From a virus (lineage: Duplodnaviria > Caudoviricetes), in IMG/VR virus record IMGVR_UViG_3300048694_000377, positions 1 through 62,876 of that record: DNA of 62,876 nucleotides; one strand, 5' to 3'. Positions 56,664 to 62,876 of this stretch are shown one piece after another; position 1 is the stretch's first letter, and the number at the start of each line of letters is the position of its first letter. A program made the position numbers and the translations under genes. The notes below the pieces were generated by a model. It did no database searches and had not been told where the DNA came from. It worked only from the letters and a program-made list of their open reading frames with translations.

Positions 56664-57395
56664 TTACTTGACCCCTCGATTTTGAGCCAATGGCATCTGA
56701 CGATATTGACCACTGCGGTACGCATCGCTGCGCTCCAACCCATCGCCCAGACGTTGTGCCAACTGCAATGCTTCCATGTACTTCTGGTTGTACAAGGCGG
56801 TGAGGTCTTGCTCACCCTTCATGTAGGTATTCGCCTCAACAATCGTGCCGTACAAAAGCACTGTGTCAAAGTTGTCGCCAAGCCATGTGGTGCCGCCGGG
56901 GTTGTTCACCGTATCGGCAATCGACACCGGGTAGTAATAGTAGTGCAACTCAACCCCATAAGCCAAATCCGGCGTGGGGCCAAGAATAAACGACAGTTCA
57001 TTTGAAATAACGCCAGAAGAGACCGTTGGTCCAAACAATGCGTAATACTTGGGCGTGCCCGTCACCGTTGTTATTGGATACGCTTCGCGCAAAAAGTTCA
57101 CGTCTTTATTGAGCAAGTAGGTATAGTTGCCCAAAGCATCGATCACCGCAATAGAGTACGTCGAAAGAAAATCTCCCGGCGTAGACAAGTACTGATTGCT
57201 GGCCGTGAGCGTGCCTGTCACGTTCTTTCTAAGCGATGGGAATTGAACAGAGTTGTAGATGCGCTGCTCTGCCTGCTCGATGAACGTGTTGATCTGTGTC
57301 GTTGCAGACACACTGGTGCCATCAGCGAGGAATACGCTTGGGAATTGGTTCTCAAGGTAGGTTTGAACCTGCGCCAGCAGCTGGGTGTATGTCAT
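56664..57395 (-). CDS. Head-tail adaptor-like protein
   Basis: FIEQAEQRI, GTPKYYA, LGPTPD and LLYG motifs. Confidence 0.6.
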   Translation of the reverse strand: MTYTQLLAQVQTYLENQFPSVFLADGTSVSATTQINTFIEQAEQRIYNSVQFPSLRKNVTGTLTASNQYLSTPGDFLSTYSIAVIDALGNYTYLLNKDVNFLREAYPITTVTGTPKYYALFGPTVSSGVISNELSFILGPTPDLAYGVELHYYYYPVSIADTVNNPGGTTWLGDNFDTVLLYGTIVEANTYMKGEQDLTALYNQKYMEALQLAQRLGDGLERSDAYRSGQYRQMPLAQNRGVK

Positions 57396-57697
57396 GCCAT
57401 CGGGCCCCTAGACATCAAACCTTTGGTTGCTGCGCCAGTACCACGGATTTTGATGCCGTCAGTCTTGGGTCCGCGAGTAATGTTGCCAACACTGACACGA
57501 CGAGCAGGCATACCGCCAGGAGTAGACTCATCAGCCTTCATGGTGTTGGGATCAGTTTCGTAATGCCCTGTAGCCGCCTTCATTGCTTTGGCGCCAGTGC
57601 CATTCTTTTCATAAGATTCAGCGGGCTTGTTGTCGGGATTGCGACCAACTTTAACAGCAGGGCTGTCTTTTTTTGTGGGCTTGACTTGAGCGACCAT
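57392..57697 (-). CDS. Small basic protein
   Basis: GGAGG SD; RGTGAATKG tail. Confidence 0.65.
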   Translation of the reverse strand: MVAQVKPTKKDSPAVKVGRNPDNKPAESYEKNGTGAKAMKAATGHYETDPNTMKADESTPGGMPARRVSVGNITRGPKTDGIKIRGTGAATKGLMSRGPMA

Positions 57698-57698
57698 T

Positions 57699-57896
57699 TC
57701 AGCCTCCACGTTGATTGCGAGCACGAGCCATGTTGCGACCCATCTTGCGCATGTCCATGCCAGTGGGGCCACCCTTTTTGAGCTTGGACAAGTTGGTTTT
57801 CTTGCCGGGATGCTCTTGTTTATCGTGCATTGCAAAAGCCTTTTTGATCAGCTTTTTGTCTTCGGCCATGTCGGCCTTGTCGTGCTTTTCTGCCAT
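57699..57896 (-). CDS. Small basic protein
   Basis: 65 aa; AAGGAG SD; LKKGG. Confidence 0.7.
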   Translation of the reverse strand: MAEKHDKADMAEDKKLIKKAFAMHDKQEHPGKKTNLSKLKKGGPTGMDMRKMGRNMARARNQRGG

Positions 57897-57906
57897 GATC
57901 GACTCC

Positions 57907-58335
57907 TTACGTCGTTGCTACCGTTACTGTACCCAAATTTACCGCAATTACCAAGTTGTTTGGCGTTAAAGCGGCATCAAAATATGAAGAGCCACCAACT
58001 GGTGCCCAGCCCCATTGGAAGATGCGGCTACCGCCTTCATTTGTCCCGTACCCAGACTGGTTTGTTCCACCATTGGCGTTGATCTGCAATCCATTTGGTC
58101 CTGATACTTGATAGCTTCGGTCTGGCCGTGGATTGCGAATACCCTGCGGGTCATCTACGGGAAATTCACCAAGATGCAGTTGAGGGTGATCAGGGTCCCA
58201 ACATTCAGGGCAAACCAGCAACTCGTAGTTGCGGCCTTTAATGACCTCTCGTTTTAACTGCTTGAGCTTGAACCGTTGATCACACCGGTCGCACTCGGCA
58301 ATTGAATTCTTACCGGAGGCAAATCTGTTTCCCAT
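57907..58335 (-). CDS. Zn-binding virion-module protein
   Basis: CDRC...CPEC, DPQ...PRPD. Confidence 0.7.
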   Translation of the reverse strand: MGNRFASGKNSIAECDRCDQRFKLKQLKREVIKGRNYELLVCPECWDPDHPQLHLGEFPVDDPQGIRNPRPDRSYQVSGPNGLQINANGGTNQSGYGTNEGGSRIFQWGWAPVGGSSYFDAALTPNNLVIAVNLGTVTVATT

Positions 58336-58757
58336 TACAACATCCTCCCACGGGTTTTACCACGCTTGGCAATACCGTCAGCCCGTTTGGATGCTGTACG
58401 AATAACTCCGCCTTTTTTCTTTGGGGCGGGCAACCTCAATTCATCTGGCTGTGCAAAAGGGCTTTTCCCAACCTTGCGACGTGTTTCAGCCCAAGAACGA
58501 GCTTTGTCCTCAATTTCTGGCGTCACTTCTTCGGATTTCAGTTTTTCAAGTTCTTTTTTGGTCAATGTCGGCACAACCAAGGGATACTCTCCTTTTTCAT
58601 CTTCCGATGAAAACTCAGTCATTGGACCGCGCTTGGTATCCAAAACGCCAAAATAACCGCGACCTTTGGCTGAATCGCCAGCATGACGAATTCCAAAAGG
58701 AGCAATGCCTTCTTCTGGAGAAAAATCGCCGCTGTACTTTTTCAGCCCTGTGCCCAT
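58335..58757 (-). CDS. Hypothetical protein with basic KKGG...RADGIAKRGKTRG tail
   Basis: 140 aa; coupled on both sides. Confidence 0.65.
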   Translation of the reverse strand: MGTGLKKYSGDFSPEEGIAPFGIRHAGDSAKGRGYFGVLDTKRGPMTEFSSEDEKGEYPLVVPTLTKKELEKLKSEEVTPEIEDKARSWAETRRKVGKSPFAQPDELRLPAPKKKGGVIRTASKRADGIAKRGKTRGRML

Positions 58758-59689
58758 TAGTAGGTGCTCCCGATGTACTGCTGACGCGGCACAAACCGAA
58801 CGGCGGCTTTTTCACGATCTTCATCGGCAGCCAACTGCCATGCCTCGTCGTACTGTTGCTTCAGAATGGGCAACCGTGCATCCCCACCGGGAACTTTCAT
58901 CGCAACGTAGTAGGCCAATCCTGCGGCCATGCAGGGGATAAATCGGAAGGGCACGTCCATGACGTTGGAGCCAGAGCCAGCGTCCTGCGTGCGGCGCAGG
59001 CGCCAGTAGACAAACTGATACGGCTGGGCATTGTCGGGTGTGGGCCAAACGGTAACGGCGGGAAGCTGTTGCCAATAGATCGTGGCGCCAGAACTGTGAG
59101 GCGCCGCAGTCGTGTTGTCTTGAGCCCGGAAGCAGTTGTACAGGGTATTCCCTGAGATGTAGCCGTAGACGATGACCTCTGAGTCAATCTGGATGAAGCC
59201 GGTGGACGGCAGGTTCACCACAGAACTCAGTGTGATTTGGGTGTCTGTTGATCCAATGTTGCCAGACAGGACCGATCCGGTCGGCGTCTGCATGGCGTTG
59301 TACCGCTGGACCCAGACTTGAATTGGTCGAGCTTGCTGCAACTTGTTGGGCAGCGTGGCATAGGTGGAAACACTTATACGGGTGATCGTCAGATCAGCCT
59401 GAGTGGCCGCCACATTGGCACCGGTGCGGATCACATGCTCCAGCAAGTCCACGGTGTCGTTGGGCAACGCATAAGTGTTTTGGCCTTGAACAAGGTTGAT
59501 GGTGCCCTGTTCGAACGTCCACATGTTGATGCCACGGTTTGCCCAATCGGCAAACATGATGTTTAAACTTCGACGAGCGGTACGCAAGTCGTAGCCCGTG
59601 CGCATCTCCGATCCGGCACGCTCAAACGCCTCCTCGACCAACTCGGGAAGATCAAGGTTGAATAGGGTTGTACCGGATGTCGTTGCCAT
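58757..59689 (-). CDS. Tail adaptor / tubular protein A-like
   Basis: VEEAFERAG, ARRSLN...WANRG, VWPTPD and GLAYY motifs. Confidence 0.65.
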   Translation of the reverse strand: MATTSGTTLFNLDLPELVEEAFERAGSEMRTGYDLRTARRSLNIMFADWANRGINMWTFEQGTINLVQGQNTYALPNDTVDLLEHVIRTGANVAATQADLTITRISVSTYATLPNKLQQARPIQVWVQRYNAMQTPTGSVLSGNIGSTDTQITLSSVVNLPSTGFIQIDSEVIVYGYISGNTLYNCFRAQDNTTAAPHSSGATIYWQQLPAVTVWPTPDNAQPYQFVYWRLRRTQDAGSGSNVMDVPFRFIPCMAAGLAYYVAMKVPGGDARLPILKQQYDEAWQLAADEDREKAAVRFVPRQQYIGSTY

Positions 59690-59866
59690 TTACTTCCCCA
59701 TTTTCTTTAGGGTCTGGGCCAGTCTCGCACGTTGGCCCATTTTTCCGGGAGCTTTTGCGGCTGCGGATAGTTTTTTGGCGGGGATCGGCTTCCCTTCTTT
59801 CGCGCCAAGTGCAGACCTCAACGCGCCAGGTTTTTTGATCGCCTTTTGAATCCATTTTTCTGCCAT
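59690..59866 (-). CDS. Small basic protein (58 aa), paralog of 49710-49883
   Basis: MAEKWIQKAIKKPGALRSALGAKEGKPIPAKKL...LAQTLKKMGK*. Confidence 0.7.
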   Translation of the reverse strand: MAEKWIQKAIKKPGALRSALGAKEGKPIPAKKLSAAAKAPGKMGQRARLAQTLKKMGK

Positions 59867-60123
59867 CATTTGCTCCTTGCAGACCTCATGTTATCTACCA
59901 AATTTGGGTACGGACGACCGCCAGCTTTGGCCATTGCCTTGGCTTTTGCTTTCTTACCCGAGCTCAATGCCTTGGGTTTACCCAAACCTTTGGGGCGAGG
60001 CTTATCCCAGACCTCTCCGCCCTTGGCGTATTCAGTAAAGTCAGTGTCATCCCGACGGGCTTTACGCACGCCTTTTGGCATCTTGGAGGGGGCAATGTCT
60101 CCCATGCCCCGGCTCGCCATCAT
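59866..60123 (-). CDS. Small basic protein
   Basis: MMASRGMGDI...YAKGG...YPNLVDNM. Confidence 0.65.
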   Translation of the reverse strand: MMASRGMGDIAPSKMPKGVRKARRDDTDFTEYAKGGEVWDKPRPKGLGKPKALSSGKKAKAKAMAKAGGRPYPNLVDNMRSARSK

Positions 60124-60449
60124 TTTTTGCTCATCCCGCCGCCACACATTTTGGCGACTTTTTCATGTTCCATCATGTGTCCGGCAGAGTGTTTCCCATA
60201 ATGTTCACTATGGTGTGCAAAGCCAGCGGCATGCTTCTTTACATGATGGATGTCGTGCTTGTATGAGATTGAGCCGCCTGCGGAATACTTGTTGTAGGAC
60301 TTTTCAGCTTGTCGCATATCACGATCCTCTTGCCGTTGTTTTTCCATGGCGTAACGGTCCGATGGAGACACGTACGTCGCATCTGACTCATCAACGCGCT
60401 GGGGGTTTACAAACCCCCGGCCAGCTCCAGCAGATTTTTGTTCGGCCAT
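60120..60449 (-). CDS. Small His-rich protein
   Basis: 109 aa; AAGGAG SD. Confidence 0.65.
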   Translation of the reverse strand: MAEQKSAGAGRGFVNPQRVDESDATYVSPSDRYAMEKQRQEDRDMRQAEKSYNKYSAGGSISYKHDIHHVKKHAAGFAHHSEHYGKHSAGHMMEHEKVAKMCGGGMSKK

Positions 60450-60459
60450 GATGGGCTCC

Positions 60460-60894
60460 TTAGCGTTTGGCTTTACCGCCCTTTTTCATGCCGGTAGTAC
60501 TACCAGCCATCTTGGGCATCATGGCTCGGGTGTGACCTTTGAGCTGGATAGTGTGTTCGCCGTGCGGACGTTTGCCTCCAGAAGTGACTTTAGCCATTTT
60601 TTCCATGGTCATGCCACGGCTTTCCTTGGACTTGTTTGACATGCTGGTGTCGTCTTTTTTAGCCATGACATGGCCTCCTTTTGCAAAAAGTGCCGATTTT
60701 CCGTGTTGGGTTTTCGGCTGGTTGATGGTCTGACGATCCGGACGAATTTCCGAACCGCCGCCAAATTTTTTACCTTTGTCTGCTTGCATGAACTCTGCGC
60801 CCACAGACTGCGGGATTCCCATCTGCTTGGCCTTCTTTGGGTCGTTGGCGACCATGGCCATCAGATTGTGTTGTTTCTTGCTAGTTGAGGGCAC
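60460..60894 (-). CDS. Small basic protein
   Basis: MPSTSKKQHNLMA...FAKGG...MKKGG. Confidence 0.7.
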   Translation of the reverse strand: MPSTSKKQHNLMAMVANDPKKAKQMGIPQSVGAEFMQADKGKKFGGGSEIRPDRQTINQPKTQHGKSALFAKGGHVMAKKDDTSMSNKSKESRGMTMEKMAKVTSGGKRPHGEHTIQLKGHTRAMMPKMAGSTTGMKKGGKAKR

Positions 60895-61129
60895 TTCGTT
60901 GCTCCTTCATAAAAGCATCCAACTTTTCATCCATTCGGTCAAGACGGATAAGCACCCGGTTGATGTCGTTGTGCATGTCGGTCTTGGTGACAAACTTGTC
61001 GGAGTGTTCTTCCCGAGTCTTGCTCAAAAGAATGCCAATCCTTCGTGTTTCTTCATGCGTGGTCTTGATCCACAACAAAATTGCTGCGGAGACGAAAGAC
61101 AACACGATGTTCCAAATCAAGAGTTCCAT
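60881..61129 (-). CDS. N-terminal TM plus coiled-coil protein
   Basis: MELLIWNIVLSFVSAAILLWIK... Confidence 0.65.
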   Translation of the reverse strand: MELLIWNIVLSFVSAAILLWIKTTHEETRRIGILLSKTREEHSDKFVTKTDMHNDINRVLIRLDRMDEKLDAFMKEQRSALN

Positions 61130-61130
61130 T

Positions 61131-61391
61131 TCAACAATTCCATGCACGCAAAGATTTATTGATGCGCGAGTCCGGGTCTTTTTTGGCCTTGTCGCCAGTC
61201 AGCTTGGATTTCATCCCTTCCATTCGAGCACAAAAGGACGCACGGCGTCCTTCGTCTTTCTTGGTCTTGGGATGAGGCGCCGGAGGCTTCAGATTCATGC
61301 CTTGCTTCTTGGCAGAGGCTCGGCCTTTGGCGTTCAAGCCGCCCTTCGGGTTCTTTCCTTCGGATCGTTGCCATGCTGGTGACTTAGCCAT
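61131..61391 (-). CDS. Small basic conserved phage protein
   Basis: GGLNAKGRAS...RRASFCARM...LRAWNC. Confidence 0.7.
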   Translation of the reverse strand: MAKSPAWQRSEGKNPKGGLNAKGRASAKKQGMNLKPPAPHPKTKKDEGRRASFCARMEGMKSKLTGDKAKKDPDSRINKSLRAWNC

Positions 61392-62124
61392 TTGCAACTT
61401 TCAATTTTTTGGTGCGCTCATCCTCAAGTAAAGGCATGATCACATCATCAACAAAGTTGCGCTCGAATGCTTCAGTGCCCACATGGGGCAGGTTGATTTC
61501 TACATCAACCCAGACTTTGAACCCTGCTTCAGTTGCGCGATCACAGAAGAGGTAGTCTTCACCAATGTATTTGCCATCTTTGATAGCGAAGTCAAAAACT
61601 GCCGCAACATTTCCATCTCCTTGTCGGTTTTCAACCAGCCACTCGGGATGATCTGCGATCAGATTCTCAATGACATGACGCTTGATCAGCATGAACCCAG
61701 TGCCCACGCGATTGACGCGCAGCAAAGGACCATCAAACACCAACGAATCGGTGTCATCACGGTACAGATCAAGGAAGAAGTTCTTGTCTTTGGCACGACG
61801 TGGGTACATGCCAGCCAAGATGTCTCGACCTTCGCTTTGCGCCAAGATGCGCATCACATCGTCAGGATTGACAATGACATCTGCGTCAATGAAAAGAAGT
61901 TCGTCTGCGTCGGTCTTGAGAAACTCGCTGACCAGAGCGTTGCGGGCCATCGTGATGATCGAGCACCCAGACATGTGGCTCAAGTGCATTGAGACTCCAT
62001 GATCCAAAGCAATCGGCATCAGTCGTGCCAGCGAAAACGCAGTCATGATATTGAGCTTCCCGTCATAAGCCGGGATGCCAATGAAGACTTTGCGTCCGCT
62101 CAGGTCAACTTGTTTATCAGCCAT
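61384..62124 (-). CDS. Glycosyltransferase-like protein (GT-A fold)
   Basis: IGIPAY, ARN, LFIDAD, GTGFMLI, GEDYLFC and HVG motifs. Confidence 0.75.
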   Translation of the reverse strand: MADKQVDLSGRKVFIGIPAYDGKLNIMTAFSLARLMPIALDHGVSMHLSHMSGCSIITMARNALVSEFLKTDADELLFIDADVIVNPDDVMRILAQSEGRDILAGMYPRRAKDKNFFLDLYRDDTDSLVFDGPLLRVNRVGTGFMLIKRHVIENLIADHPEWLVENRQGDGNVAAVFDFAIKDGKYIGEDYLFCDRATEAGFKVWVDVEINLPHVGTEAFERNFVDDVIMPLLEDERTKKLKVANG

Positions 62125-62668
62125 AGAATATCGTGCAAAACGGAATGTTTGTCATCTGGGCATACAGACCATTGGCAATCAAAACGCCTTCACCTGGAAT
62201 CAGAACCTGTTGGGTTGATGTTTGCCCCGCAAAAGTATCAACCGAACTCACCCATTTTTGTGGCGGAGTGTTATTGCCGTTTGCATAGGCGACTACGTAA
62301 TAACATGCAGTTCCACCCGAAACAGTCCCAGAACTTGGGTCTGTGACGGTAAATGTATTAGCATCAACAACAGTAATGGTGTAATTTCCATCGGTTGCCG
62401 CCACATTGCTTGAAGACATGAACCCAATACCAATCGCAGTTCCTGTGCTTAAACCATGACCTGTTTTGGTGACGGTAACTGTATTACCACTGCGGGCATA
62501 TACAGCAGATGTTGGAGTTTGCAGCGAATCAAAAAAGATCAGCGTCCCAGCTTGGCTACCATTGGGTGCGTATGTAAATTGCTTAAAACGAGTACGAGTT
62601 GCCGTACCGTTGAGCAGAAAAAATCCAGTCGCATTGAGGTGCGCGGATAAAACATCAGTTTGCATCAT
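62117..62668 (-). CDS. Virion structural protein
   Basis: 183 aa; MQTDV start and IPGEGVL...IFYG end. Confidence 0.7.
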   Translation of the reverse strand: MMQTDVLSAHLNATGFFLLNGTATRTRFKQFTYAPNGSQAGTLIFFDSLQTPTSAVYARSGNTVTVTKTGHGLSTGTAIGIGFMSSSNVAATDGNYTITVVDANTFTVTDPSSGTVSGGTACYYVVAYANGNNTPPQKWVSSVDTFAGQTSTQQVLIPGEGVLIANGLYAQMTNIPFCTIFYG

Positions 62669-62682
62669 GATTGATTTCCTTT

Positions 62683-62703
62683 AAATAGGGGGCCGAAGCC
62701 CCC
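62683..62703 (-). terminator. Hairpin/terminator after the junction-spanning gene
   Basis: GGGGGC-TTCG-GCCCCC-TATTT. Confidence 0.6.
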
Positions 62704-62749
62704 AATCAATCAGTCGAAGTTACCGTAGGGGTAGGTCGTGGTGGTTCCG

Positions 62750-62876
62750 ATGTTGGGATCAAGCTGCTTGTATCGAGCAGTCAGATACAAGGTTCCCGCG
62801 TTAGGAGCAGGGGTGCCAGTACCAGTCAATGCCAGAGTGAACACAAGCTGAGAGAAAGTTCCAGGCTCAACCACAC
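62750..62876. repeat. Second copy of the 127-bp terminal overlap
   Basis: Same sequence as 1-127. Confidence 0.95.

Overview
The window is an apparently complete, circularly permuted genome of a tailed dsDNA phage. Bases 62750-62876 repeat bases 1-127, so the unit genome is about 62,749 bp. The layout is podovirus-like and the host is probably proteobacterial (inference). The minus strand carries the virion module from ~9800 down through the junction to 31344: terminases, portal, GroES-like protein, scaffold, major capsid, adaptors, tail fibres, lysis genes, nozzle and three internal/ejection proteins including a 2955-aa polyvalent protein. The plus strand carries the early/replication module (12.5-31.3 kb): MoxR-like AAA+ with vWA-metallopeptidase, VRR-NUC, a free RNA-polymerase alpha-CTD, PPK2, family A DNA polymerase, Cas4-like nuclease, SNF2 helicase, SSB-like protein and primase-helicase. 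I recognised no integrase, tRNA or CRISPR. The most notable unexplained signals are: (1) nine copies of a 27-bp palindrome GACA-N3-TGAC-N5-GTCA-N3-TGTC confined to the early region, inside and between genes; (2) a promoter-driven 5' leader at 663-737 that can fold into three interlocked helices next to an RBS; (3) a replication-region ORF carrying a protein-level copy of the major capsid C-terminal motif; (4) a GHKL ATPase and two HExxH domains inside the giant virion protein; (5) an origin-like region with two inverted IHF sites; (6) two paralogous early cassettes with shared upstream elements. All calls were made by eye, with no database searches.
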